Of a stretch of DNA of 64,000 nucleotides, positions 49,224 through 58,914 are shown piece by piece. Positions within the stretch are counted from its first letter, which is position 1; every line of letters begins with the position of its first letter. This DNA is from Nitrospinales bacterium. Lineage in GTDB: Bacteria; Nitrospinota; Nitrospinia; Nitrospinales; VA-1. Under the pieces are notes generated by a model, which was not told where the DNA came from, did not search any database, and was given only the letters and a program-made list of their open reading frames with translations. The DNA is taken from positions 1,760,001-1,824,000 of the forward strand of contig CBDCWG010000012.1 of NCBI GenBank assembly GCA_965223345.1, read 5' to 3'. Made by a program: the position numbers and the translations under genes.

Positions 49224-51752
49224 ATGCATCCCGACGCACCGGGCGCACACAGGCGGGCGCTTTGCTGGTTTAGTTTCGTTCTGACGATGGCGCTTTGCGT
49301 TCCCGTCCAGGCTGGCGAGAGATTGTCGGAGAGCGACCTCTCGACGCTGCTCGAATCGGCTCCGCTGAAATTCAAACCCAAAACCGGTGCGCCGCCCAAG
49401 GTGGGGAAAGCCCTTCAGGAGCTGCACGCCGATTTCCTTTCCTTCAAGAAACGAAAATCCCATTCCGATAAAGCGGCGTTCAAGGCGCGATCGCCGATGA
49501 CGCGCCTGTCCAACGGGCACGTGGTCATCGACGCGATCGCCAAGGGCGATCCCGAAGCGTTGAAAGAGGAACTGGTCGGACTCGGATTGAAGCACGCGGC
49601 GGTGTTCGGTCAGGTGGTCTCGGGGCTTCTGCCCATCGAGGCCATCGAGCGGCTGCCGGAGTGCCGCTACCTCAATGTGGCCCGGCCCGCGCTGGCGGCG
49701 ACCAACGTGGGGCTGGTGACCAGCCAAGGCGATGTGGCGCAGCGTTCCGATGTGGCGCGCAGCGGATTCGGGGTCGATGGCAGCGGCGTCACCGTGGGGG
49801 TGCTGTCGGACAGTTTCGATTGTCTCGGCGGCGCGGCGGCGGATGCCGCATCCGGCGATCTGCCGCCGCTGGCTGCGATCGATGTGCTGGATGATGCCGC
49901 CTGTCCCGCCAGCGACGAGGGCCGCGCCATGATGCAGATCGTGCGCGACGTGGCGCCGGGTGCCTCTCTTTCCTTTCACACGGCGTTTCTGGGCGTTGCG
50001 AATTTCGCCCAGGGCATCCTGGATCTGGCGGCCGCCGGGGCGGACATCATCACAGACGATATCATCTATTTTGCGGAGCCCATGTTTCAGGACGGCCCCA
50101 TCGCCCAGGCGGTGGATGCGGTGCGGGCGGCGGGGGTAGCGTATTTTTCCTCAGCGGGCAACGACGCCCGGCAAAGTTATGAGAACCCGTTTAGGGGTGT
50201 CGTTGCCGATGGGTTCGAGTTTCACGATTTCGATCCCGGCGCGGGCGTGGATCTGCTGCAGCGGGTGTTCATCCCGGCGGGAGGCAGCCTGCTGATTTCC
50301 TTTCAATGGGACTCGCCCGCGGCGTCCGCCGGCGGGCCGGGTTCGCCCAACGATCTGGACATTTACCTCACCGACGATCCGGCGACCGTGTTTCTTGCGG
50401 CCTCCACCGAATTCAACCTCGGGCTCGACCCGGTGGAGATCCTGTTTTTTCAAAACACCTCGGGTGTGGGCCGGTTTTTCAACCTGCTGATCCACCGGGC
50501 GATCGGGCCGGACCCCGGCAAGATCAAGTATGTCCGCTTTTCGGATTCCATTCCGGTCGAATTCGACACGCAAAGCTCAGCGAGCTTCGGGCACGCCAAC
50601 GCCGCCGGCGCGGAAGCGGTGGGCGCCACGTTCTGGGCCAACACCCCGGCGTTCGGGGTCACTCCCCCGGCGCTGAATTTCTTTTCATCACGCGGCGGCA
50701 CGCCGATTCTGTTCGATACGGCGGGCAATCCGCTGCCCGCGCCCGAGATCCGCGACAAGCCGGGGGTGGTGGGGCCCGATGGCGGCGGGACGACGTTTTT
50801 CGGCGGCGGGGACGTCGAACCGGACGGTTTTCTGGATTTTTTCGGCACCTCCGCTTCGGTGGCGCACGTGGCCGGTGCGGCGGCGTTGCTGAAATCCGCC
50901 AACCCGGCGCTCACACCGGCGGAAATCATCGCCGCGCTCCGGAACACGGCCCTCGATATGGACGACCCGGATACGGGAGGCTTCGATACGGGCTTCGATT
51001 TTGCTACCGGGTTCGGCTTCATTCAGGCGGATCTGGCTTTGCAGTCGGTTTTGGGCGGCAACTGCGATCTCGTGGTGAACCCGCTCACGCTGGATTTCGG
51101 CTCGCGCAATGTCGGCGACACGGGTTCCCTGCCGGTGGAACTCAGCAACGAAGGCAGCGGAGACTGTGAAATCTTCAATGTGTCTCTGATGGGCAGCGGT
51201 GATTTTCAGTTCACCGCGCCCGCACCGGTGACGCCGTTCACGATCCCTCCCGGAGAGATGGAGACGGTGTCGGTGGACCACACGCCCAGCGATGCGGGCG
51301 CGGATGCGGGGGTGCTGACGCTGACCAGCAACGACCCGGATGACGGCACCATCGAGGTGGAGCTTGCGGGCACGGGGCTGCAGGCGCTCATGGAAAGCGC
51401 CGATCTTAAAGTGCGCAACTATTCCAACCGGCGGCGGGTGCGGGTCGGCTCCACCCTGACGTACACGATCAAGGTGAAAAACCGCGGCCCCGACAATGCG
51501 ACCGGCATCGTCGTCGAAAACACGTTGCCGGACTCCGTCGATTTCGTCGCCGCGTCTTCCGGCTGCACGCCCGACAGTGGCACGGTTGTCTGTCAGCTCA
51601 GTTCGTTGATGGATGGCGGCAGCAAGCGCTGGAACATCGTCGTGCGGCCCACCGAGAAAGGCCGCATCGTCAACCGCGTGCGCGTCTCCGGCAACGAGGA
51701 CGACCCCCGATTGCGCAACAACCGGGCGCGCAAAGCGACGCGCGTGCGCTGA
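49224..51752 (+). CDS. Exported subtilase (S8/S53-like) with Ig-like choice-of-anchor D and DUF11 domains
   Basis: VGVLSDS, DEGRAM, SSAGND, FGTSAS.AH.AG; SNDPD; TYTIKVKNRGPDNAT. Confidence 0.85.
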   Translation: MHPDAPGAHRRALCWFSFVLTMALCVPVQAGERLSESDLSTLLESAPLKFKPKTGAPPKVGKALQELHADFLSFKKRKSHSDKAAFKARSPMTRLSNGHVVIDAIAKGDPEALKEELVGLGLKHAAVFGQVVSGLLPIEAIERLPECRYLNVARPALAATNVGLVTSQGDVAQRSDVARSGFGVDGSGVTVGVLSDSFDCLGGAAADAASGDLPPLAAIDVLDDAACPASDEGRAMMQIVRDVAPGASLSFHTAFLGVANFAQGILDLAAAGADIITDDIIYFAEPMFQDGPIAQAVDAVRAAGVAYFSSAGNDARQSYENPFRGVVADGFEFHDFDPGAGVDLLQRVFIPAGGSLLISFQWDSPAASAGGPGSPNDLDIYLTDDPATVFLAASTEFNLGLDPVEILFFQNTSGVGRFFNLLIHRAIGPDPGKIKYVRFSDSIPVEFDTQSSASFGHANAAGAEAVGATFWANTPAFGVTPPALNFFSSRGGTPILFDTAGNPLPAPEIRDKPGVVGPDGGGTTFFGGGDVEPDGFLDFFGTSASVAHVAGAAALLKSANPALTPAEIIAALRNTALDMDDPDTGGFDTGFDFATGFGFIQADLALQSVLGGNCDLVVNPLTLDFGSRNVGDTGSLPVELSNEGSGDCEIFNVSLMGSGDFQFTAPAPVTPFTIPPGEMETVSVDHTPSDAGADAGVLTLTSNDPDDGTIEVELAGTGLQALMESADLKVRNYSNRRRVRVGSTLTYTIKVKNRGPDNATGIVVENTLPDSVDFVAASSGCTPDSGTVVCQLSSLMDGGSKRWNIVVRPTEKGRIVNRVRVSGNEDDPRLRNNRARKATRVR

Positions 51753-51762
51753 GGCGCGCCGC

Positions 51763-52929
51763 TCACTTCCGGTCGGCGGCGGCTTTTTTGAGAAGATCGA
51801 GCGGGTAGAAGGTGTCGCGCCAGATGATGCCGCCCCGTTTCAGGGTGAGAAAGGCCGAGCGCCACAGCGTCCAGAGATGCACGCAGACATAATACGGCAG
51901 CGGCAGGCTGATCAGCCATCCGCGCTGATTCTGCACCATGAACTGCCCCAGGATCGTGTGCAGCAGCAGCACCGTGGCCGCATAACCCGAAACGCGCGCA
52001 TCGGGAAACAGAAACAGCGCCGCATAGGGGAAGAGCAGGAGCCCCGCCATGAGGACCGAAGAGGTCAGCAGAAAGACCAGAGAGAAATTCATCGCCGCAA
52101 ACGCGTTTTTCTCCAGGCCGCGCACCAGCCCCGGCAGCCCTCCTTCCTGCCACTTGAGCTTGAGCTGATCGTCCGCGTTCAACACATCCTGCCGGTAGCC
52201 CGCCTGCTTCACCGCTTTGCCCAATAGAATGTCGTCCACGATTTCCAGTCTGAGGGCGTGATAACCGCCGATCACATCGTAGACGCTGCGCTTGAGCAGG
52301 TTGAACGCGCCGATGCCCAGGTATTCCTTGCGCTTGGGGTCGCGCACCAGCCAGGGTTTGTAGTAGTAGAGGAACATCCAGCCGATCATCCCCAGATACC
52401 CGTTCTCCCAGTACCCTCCCGGCAGCTGTTTGGGGAACAGGGTCAGGTGATCGAGGTTCTCCTTGAGCATGAACGCGACGGCGAGCGCCAGCGATTTCGG
52501 GGCAAACTGAACGTCGCCGTCGGTGAACAGCAGGTATTCTCCCGTCGCCGCCTGCGCGCCGCAGTGCAGGGCGTGGTTTTTCCCGATCCAGCCTGCGGGC
52601 AGGGTTTTCACATGCAGGGCTTTGAGGCGCGGGTCTTCCGCGGCCAGCCGGTTGAGAATGTCGCCGGTGGCGTCGCCGGAGCGGTCGTCCACCGCGACGA
52701 TCTCAAAGTCGGGATAATCCAGGACGAGCAGGGAGCGAATGCAGGCCTCGATCTTTTCTTCCTCGTCGCGCGCGGCGAGAACGATGGAAACGGCGGGTGC
52801 GGTTTCACCCGGTGGCGGGGCGAGAAGCGAGAGCCCGCGGTTCTTGAAATAGGAAATGAGCGGAGGCAGCGGTGCGAACCAGATGAAAAAAAGCATCCAC
52901 CCTGCGATGAGTGTGAGCCAACAGGTCAT
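51763..52929 (-). CDS. Glycosyltransferase family 2 (HpnB/CrtQ-like)
   Basis: AARDEE, VDDRSGD, GWIGKNHA, FTDGD, IVDD. Confidence 0.88.
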   Translation of the reverse strand: MTCWLTLIAGWMLFFIWFAPLPPLISYFKNRGLSLLAPPPGETAPAVSIVLAARDEEEKIEACIRSLLVLDYPDFEIVAVDDRSGDATGDILNRLAAEDPRLKALHVKTLPAGWIGKNHALHCGAQAATGEYLLFTDGDVQFAPKSLALAVAFMLKENLDHLTLFPKQLPGGYWENGYLGMIGWMFLYYYKPWLVRDPKRKEYLGIGAFNLLKRSVYDVIGGYHALRLEIVDDILLGKAVKQAGYRQDVLNADDQLKLKWQEGGLPGLVRGLEKNAFAAMNFSLVFLLTSSVLMAGLLLFPYAALFLFPDARVSGYAATVLLLHTILGQFMVQNQRGWLISLPLPYYVCVHLWTLWRSAFLTLKRGGIIWRDTFYPLDLLKKAAADRK

Positions 52930-53028
52930 AAAGCGTCCTTTTCCGGCGTGGGTTCTCGATTCCCGCCGGTCAATTTGCTGAACTTCTATATAAAAACTAT
53001 AAAAAAACTACAAGTATATCAAAAAGTT

Positions 53029-53057
53029 TTGACATTATTTTTTTAATACATTAACAT
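53029..53057 (+). promoter_or_regulatory. sigma70-like promoter of the chemoreceptor gene
   Basis: TTGACA-N17-TAACAT. Confidence 0.6.
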
Positions 53058-53209
53058 CCCTCGAAACTGAATGGCGCTGAATAACAGCGCCTTCCGCATT
53101 TTCTTCGAAAATGTTGTGACTCTCCATCCGAAACTCCCGGTGACCCGGTTGATTTTTTTAAGGTGAAGACAGTGATTGCCATTCATTTGAGATCAAAAGG
53201 AGATTGGAT

Positions 53210-55486
53210 ATGGAGAAACAAGCCCCGTTTGCGTCCTCGCAGACCCTTTCTGTCGATTTAGAGCCCGCCAAACCGAAAAAGTTCTCTCTATTTCAATCTC
53301 TCAATCCCTTCGGTCCCAAAAACGGCGCTGCCGCCGGTTTTCTCGGCCAGTTTTCCGGGCTGCAGGCCAGCCTGGATTGCCTGAGCACCAATGTGTTCAT
53401 CGCCGACCGGGATCTCAATCTCGTCTACATGAACCGCAAGGCGCGGGACACGGTCGAATCCATTGAAGCACAGATATTCGATCATTTCCGCGTCCGCGTG
53501 CAGGATCTTCTCGGAGGCTCGATCCACCGGTTTCACACCGATCCCAAAAGAGTGGAACAGATATTGAAAAATCCGTCCGCCTTGCCGCATCAGGCCACCT
53601 TCAGCTTTGGCGAAATCGCTCTGAAAACCAGCATCAACGCGGTCTATGGATCCAGCGGAGAGGTGTGGGGCTACATCGTGAACTGGGAGGAAGTCTCCGA
53701 GCAAATGAAATTGGAAGAGGAAACCGCACAGATCAAATCGATGGTGGAGAACGCTCCGATCAATGTGATGTTTGCGGACCGGGAGTGGAACATCACCTAC
53801 ATGAATCCCGCTTCGAAAGCCACGCTGCGTAAGCTGGAGGAATACCTTCCCGTGAGAGTGGATGCGATGATCGGCAAATCCATCGACATCTATCACAAAG
53901 ACCCTGCGAAACAGCGCCGGTTGCTGCAGGATCCGAAAAACCTGCCGCACAAGGCGCAGATCGCTTTGGGGCCCGAAACGCTGGAATTGCTGGTGAGCGC
54001 CATTTACGACAACCAGCAGAAGTACATCGGCTGCATGGTGACCTGGGAGGTGATCACCCAAAAACGGGAGCTGGAACGGAAAAACCAGGAGATGCGGGAA
54101 CGGGAACACACGCAGGCGGAGGAGCTGCACAAAAATGTGGACAAACTGCTGGTGGCGGTCAACGCCGCCGCCGACGGGGATCTCACCCGGCAGGTCGATG
54201 TGGTGGGGACGGACGCCATCGGCCGGATGGCGGACGGGCTGTCGGGCCTGTTCATCGGCCTGCGCAGCATCATTTCCATGATCGGAAAATCCGACAAGCA
54301 CATCAAAGCCAATTCCGAGACGCTCCTGGGGCTCAGCCATCAACTGAGCGCGGCGGCCGAGGAATCCTCCGCCCAGGCCAACGTCGTGGCTTCGGCGTCC
54401 GAAGAGATCAGCACCAGCATCCAGACGGTCGCCACGGGCGCGGAGGAGATGAGCGCCAGCATCAAGGAGATCGCGATGAATTCGGCGGAGGCGGCGAAAG
54501 TGGCGAAATCCGCGGTGGAGATCGCGGGCGAAACCAACCGCACCATTTCCAAGCTGGGGGAAAGCAGCAATGAAATCGGCGAGGTGATCAAGGTCATCAC
54601 GACCATCGCCGAGCAGACCAACCTGCTGGCGCTCAATGCCACCATCGAGGCCGCCCGCGCCGGCGAGGCGGGGAAGGGCTTTGCGGTGGTGGCCAACGAG
54701 GTCAAGGAACTCGCCAACCAGACCGCCCGCGCCACCGAGGACATCAGCCAGAAGGTCGAGACGATCCAGTCGGACAGCAAGGATTCGGTGCAGGCGATTC
54801 AGAAAATCACCGAGGTGATCGAAAAGATCAACGACATTTCCAATTCCATCGCCGGTGCGGTGGAGGAGCAGACCGCAACCACCAACGAGATTGTGCGCAA
54901 CATCGGCGAAGCGTCGCAGGGCAGCAAGGAAATTTCCGCGAATATCATCGGCGTCGCCGATGCGGCCAAGGAGACCTCAATGGCGGCCGGGCAGTCGCAG
55001 CAATCGGCGGAAAAGCTGAAATCGATGGGCGAGGAGCTGGGAAACATCGTCAACCGGTTCAAGTACCAGGACGACGCCATGTCCCTGATGGTCTGGAACG
55101 ACAACTTCAGCGTCAACATCAAGGAAATCGACCGGCAGCACAAATGCCTCATCGACCTGATCAACGACGTTTACCGGGGCATGATGGCGGACAAGGGCAA
55201 GGAAGCGGTGGGGCATTCGCTGGAAGTTCTGGTCGAATACACGCAGAATCATTTCGGTTACGAAGAAAGCCTGTTCAAGAAGCACGGCTATCCGGAAACC
55301 CAGGAACATCTGGAGAAGCACAAAAAGCTGGTCGATCAGGTGGTGGAATTCCACAAGAAGTTCACGCAGGGCGAGTCGCATCTCGACAACGATCTTCTGA
55401 TCTTCCTCAAAGACTGGCTGACCCACCACATTCTCGGAACGGACAAGAAATACACCGAATTTTTGAACGAGTGCGGCGTGCACTGA
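53210..55486 (+). CDS. Soluble chemoreceptor: PAS-PAS-HAMP-MCP signalling domain-hemerythrin
   Basis: Two PAS domains; [30 protein letters not shown]; hemerythrin IDRQH, HFGYEE, HLEKH, HILGTD; no TM; start may be TTG 53204. Confidence 0.92.
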   Translation: MEKQAPFASSQTLSVDLEPAKPKKFSLFQSLNPFGPKNGAAAGFLGQFSGLQASLDCLSTNVFIADRDLNLVYMNRKARDTVESIEAQIFDHFRVRVQDLLGGSIHRFHTDPKRVEQILKNPSALPHQATFSFGEIALKTSINAVYGSSGEVWGYIVNWEEVSEQMKLEEETAQIKSMVENAPINVMFADREWNITYMNPASKATLRKLEEYLPVRVDAMIGKSIDIYHKDPAKQRRLLQDPKNLPHKAQIALGPETLELLVSAIYDNQQKYIGCMVTWEVITQKRELERKNQEMREREHTQAEELHKNVDKLLVAVNAAADGDLTRQVDVVGTDAIGRMADGLSGLFIGLRSIISMIGKSDKHIKANSETLLGLSHQLSAAAEESSAQANVVASASEEISTSIQTVATGAEEMSASIKEIAMNSAEAAKVAKSAVEIAGETNRTISKLGESSNEIGEVIKVITTIAEQTNLLALNATIEAARAGEAGKGFAVVANEVKELANQTARATEDISQKVETIQSDSKDSVQAIQKITEVIEKINDISNSIAGAVEEQTATTNEIVRNIGEASQGSKEISANIIGVADAAKETSMAAGQSQQSAEKLKSMGEELGNIVNRFKYQDDAMSLMVWNDNFSVNIKEIDRQHKCLIDLINDVYRGMMADKGKEAVGHSLEVLVEYTQNHFGYEESLFKKHGYPETQEHLEKHKKLVDQVVEFHKKFTQGESHLDNDLLIFLKDWLTHHILGTDKKYTEFLNECGVH

Positions 55487-55490
55487 AGCC

Positions 55491-56126
55491 TTATACCCGG
55501 GTGACCATGGACTTGGCGAAATAGCCGTAATTGTCGGCGTTGTCGCAGGCTTTGTGATGGTTGTCGATGGCGAGACGTTCGCACGGGCCCACTCCGTAGA
55601 CGTGGTCTTTCGTGCGGGCCACCTTGTGCGAGAGCTCGTGGTACACCGTCTGCGTCGCCTCCTGCGGGTCCGGATCGGAGATGAACCACTTGCCCAGGAT
55701 GATGCGCAGGCCGGATCCCGCCTTGTGATGGTGCACATAGCCGTAGACGTTTTGTCCGGTGAACGGCGTGCCGTCGGACAAAGTGACCGGCGTCACCGGC
55801 TCCGCCGGGTTGGCGGGCGCGTGTTTGATGACGATGTCCGGCCGGTACGCCAGGATGATGGGCCGGGACAGGAACGCCTGGTTCAACTGCATCAGGTTCG
55901 ACTGCACCTGCATGAGCTTGTGGGCGTGCTCGACGTGGGTCTTGGGGCTCAACCCGAACCAGCGGCGGATCAAGTTGGCGTTCACGGGTGCGTCGAACCG
56001 CTGGACCGCGCTCACCGCCAGGGCCGCCGCGCGCTTGGCCTGGTTCCAGGCGAAACGCGCCCGCTGCAGGTCCGCGCCTTGGAAATTCTCGTATGTGACC
56101 GTGTGTTCCTTCACCAGGGTGGGCAT
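55491..56126 (-). CDS. M35 (lysine-specific metalloendopeptidase/aspzincin-like) protein
   Basis: HELSH...TKDHVYG...NADNY. Confidence 0.8.
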   Translation of the reverse strand: MPTLVKEHTVTYENFQGADLQRARFAWNQAKRAAALAVSAVQRFDAPVNANLIRRWFGLSPKTHVEHAHKLMQVQSNLMQLNQAFLSRPIILAYRPDIVIKHAPANPAEPVTPVTLSDGTPFTGQNVYGYVHHHKAGSGLRIILGKWFISDPDPQEATQTVYHELSHKVARTKDHVYGVGPCERLAIDNHHKACDNADNYGYFAKSMVTRV

Positions 56127-56304
56127 GGCTTTTCTCCAATAGAAGGGTTGACCGCCAAATAGAGAGCCCGTTTCACCGCTGCGGGCTTTGCGAAGCGTTC
56201 GCGCCGGAAACTGAAGGCAACGCATTGATTTTTATAGAGAGTTCGGGGTATCTATAGCACAGTTCGACAAGGCGAAGCAAGCGCGAACCCTTACCTGCAA
56301 CGGC

Positions 56305-58899
56305 TCATGGTTTTTGTGCGAAATGAGAATCGGCAGGCGGTTCGTTCTGTTGGGCGAGCGGGACAAATCTCCGGATTTGATGCCGCTGTCCGTCTGTTTC
56401 GATGTGGATGGAACCGTCGCGGTCGGTGCGGAAGATGTTCACGCCGGCCGTCTCGTAACGTTCGATCACTTCCGGGTGCGGGTGTTTCATCCAGTTGAGA
56501 TAACCGCTGGAAAAGATGACGGCCTTGGGGCTCACGGCGTCGATGAAGGGGGCGGTATTGGAAAAGCGGCTGCCGTGATGCGGGCTTTTGAGCAGCGTCG
56601 CCTTGAGCGGCGCGGCGGTGTGGACCAGTTTGTTCTCGATGCGCCGGCCGATGTCTCCGGTCAGCAGCATGCTGAAATTTTTGTATTCGAGCCTGAGCAC
56701 GAGCGACCGGTCGTTCCCCACTTTCCGCGACCTCCGGTACGAGGCCAGCTGCACCCGGTTGGTTTTCGGGTGCAGGGGCAAAAGTTTCACCGCACCCACG
56801 TAAAACGGCGTGCCCGGTACCAGCGGAACGTGCTGCGCCCCCTGCGCCAGGGCGTTGGCCCGCAATGCGTCGATGCGCCGGTCGCGGATACGGGAAAAGC
56901 CGTCGAGAAAATGGCCGACCGGAAACAGCGTGACCAGCGATTCGAGACCGCTGATGTGGTCGTTGTCGGAGTGGCTCGCCGCGAGGTAGTCGATGCGGCC
57001 GATGCCCTGGCTCCAGAGAAACGGCGCCACCACGCGTTTGCCCACGTCGAGGGCGTTTTTGTAAAACCCGCCGCCATCGAGAATCAGGGTTTCCCGGTTG
57101 GGGAACTCGATGAAGATCGACTCGCCCTGTCCGACATCGAGGATGGCAATCCGCAGCGTGTCCGTGGGAAGCTCGGGGAAGCGCGGGAGCACGAGCCAGA
57201 ACATCAGGCAGGGAGCCGCAACGCACAGGCTGCGCTGCAGGATGATCGAACGCAGCGCCGTTTCCGGTGCTTTGCGAATGCCCAGCAGGCACACGGTCAT
57301 TGCCAGCACGGCGGCGTAGAGCAGAAACCATCCGTGCGGCGGGGTGGCAACGTACACGGAGGCGAACGGCAGCCGGGAGAAGAAATCCGGAACGAGGTCG
57401 AACAGTTTTACCAGGCCCGTCACGGGATAGGCCAGAAATCCGGCCGGGCCGGGAAGCGCCATGCCGATCAGCACGGTGGCGAGCGCCAGCGGCACCAGCA
57501 GGGATGCCAGCGGAATCATGAACAGGTTCAGGGCCCAGCCGATAGAGCTCACGCGGTTGAAATGCAGGATGAGGATCGGCAGCGTGGCGGCGAGCACGGC
57601 GAGGGAGATGAGGAGGCCGCAGGCTGTGGTCTTCTGTATCCTGAACAGGACACGCCGCCAGAAGGGGAGGCCTTCCGGCTGCAGCAACACCCGCTGCCAC
57701 CAGGCGGGGTCGCCCATGCGGTTGACGGGGTCCTGCATGAGGCGGGTCAGGTGTTGAAACACGATCAACACGGCGGCGGTGGCCGCGAAGGAGAGCTGAA
57801 ACCCCACATCCAGCACGGCCCCGGGGTTGACGAGCAACAGCGCGAAGGCGGCGAGCAGCAACGCGTTGAACAGGTTGCGTTCGCGGTTGATCAGAAACGC
57901 CAGCAGCACGACGCAGACCATGATCCCCGCGCGCAACGCCGACACTTTCGTGCCGACCAGCAAAAGGTAGAACAGCACCGGGCCGAGGCAACAAAAAGCC
58001 GCCGCTTTGCGGGCCGCGCCGGACTGCGCCCATTCGGGCTTGTATCGCAGGCAGGCCCTGAAGATCAGAACCCAGAACAGAGCGTATGCCGCGGCGGCCA
58101 CGAAACCGATGTGCAGGCCGGAGACCGCCATCAGATGCGAAAGCCCGGTGGCGCGGTACGCTTCCTGAGTCGGCTCGTCGAGCGAGGTGCGGTCGCTGAG
58201 CAGCAGCCCCTTGAGCAGCGCCGCTTCCTCGTTGGCAAACAGTCTGTTCAAGGAAATGAGGAACGCCTGCCGGATGCGAATCCTCACAGCGTCGGTGAAG
58301 GGCAGGGGGAAGGTCCCGATTTTTTGCACGGCCTCGATCTTGGAGAGGTTGCCCGTGACGTCGATGCCCTTGGCCTGCATGTGGCGCTCGTAATCGAAGC
58401 GGCCGGGGTTTTTGAAATTGCGCGGCCGTTTCAGCCTGAGATGATGAAAACGCAGCGTATCCCCCGCTTCAAACGAGAGCCGCCTGGGATCGTCGCTGTA
58501 CAGCGTTACCTGCGCGCGCCCTGAGACCGGGATCCAGCCTTGGTCTTGCTTCAGCTTTTTGAGCGCGACGAAAAAGCGCGTCCGCTCTGCGGTGGTTGCG
58601 GGAATTTCGGTCAGGTCGGCTTCGACATCGAAGCGTTGCGTTTCATCCAGATGGTTGAGGATGTGGTTCGCCGGCCGGGGTGGTTCGGTCCAAACGGGCG
58701 CATAAAAACCGGCCGGAACGAGGCAGATAAAAACGAGGATCTTCCCCCATGCTTTTGTTCGCGACCGGTAAAGCAAAAAGCCGGCCAGGGCCAGAACGCA
58801 CAGGGGCAGGGCGTGCGGCAGGAAGAACCGGTCCGCAGCGGGAAGCGCCGCCAGGATGCCGCACAGGTAGGCTAAGAAATAAGGGAGTAGGGGGGTCAC
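56305..58899 (-). CDS. comEC: DNA uptake competence protein ComEC/Rec2
   Basis: NPGRFDY, GLSHLMAVSGLHIG, GFQLSF, DVGQG, SHSDNDH, HHGS. Confidence 0.95.
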   Translation of the reverse strand: MTPLLPYFLAYLCGILAALPAADRFFLPHALPLCVLALAGFLLYRSRTKAWGKILVFICLVPAGFYAPVWTEPPRPANHILNHLDETQRFDVEADLTEIPATTAERTRFFVALKKLKQDQGWIPVSGRAQVTLYSDDPRRLSFEAGDTLRFHHLRLKRPRNFKNPGRFDYERHMQAKGIDVTGNLSKIEAVQKIGTFPLPFTDAVRIRIRQAFLISLNRLFANEEAALLKGLLLSDRTSLDEPTQEAYRATGLSHLMAVSGLHIGFVAAAAYALFWVLIFRACLRYKPEWAQSGAARKAAAFCCLGPVLFYLLLVGTKVSALRAGIMVCVVLLAFLINRERNLFNALLLAAFALLLVNPGAVLDVGFQLSFAATAAVLIVFQHLTRLMQDPVNRMGDPAWWQRVLLQPEGLPFWRRVLFRIQKTTACGLLISLAVLAATLPILILHFNRVSSIGWALNLFMIPLASLLVPLALATVLIGMALPGPAGFLAYPVTGLVKLFDLVPDFFSRLPFASVYVATPPHGWFLLYAAVLAMTVCLLGIRKAPETALRSIILQRSLCVAAPCLMFWLVLPRFPELPTDTLRIAILDVGQGESIFIEFPNRETLILDGGGFYKNALDVGKRVVAPFLWSQGIGRIDYLAASHSDNDHISGLESLVTLFPVGHFLDGFSRIRDRRIDALRANALAQGAQHVPLVPGTPFYVGAVKLLPLHPKTNRVQLASYRRSRKVGNDRSLVLRLEYKNFSMLLTGDIGRRIENKLVHTAAPLKATLLKSPHHGSRFSNTAPFIDAVSPKAVIFSSGYLNWMKHPHPEVIERYETAGVNIFRTDRDGSIHIETDGQRHQIRRFVPLAQQNEPPADSHFAQKP

Positions 58900-58914
58900 G
58901 CGACCCTTTCGGTT

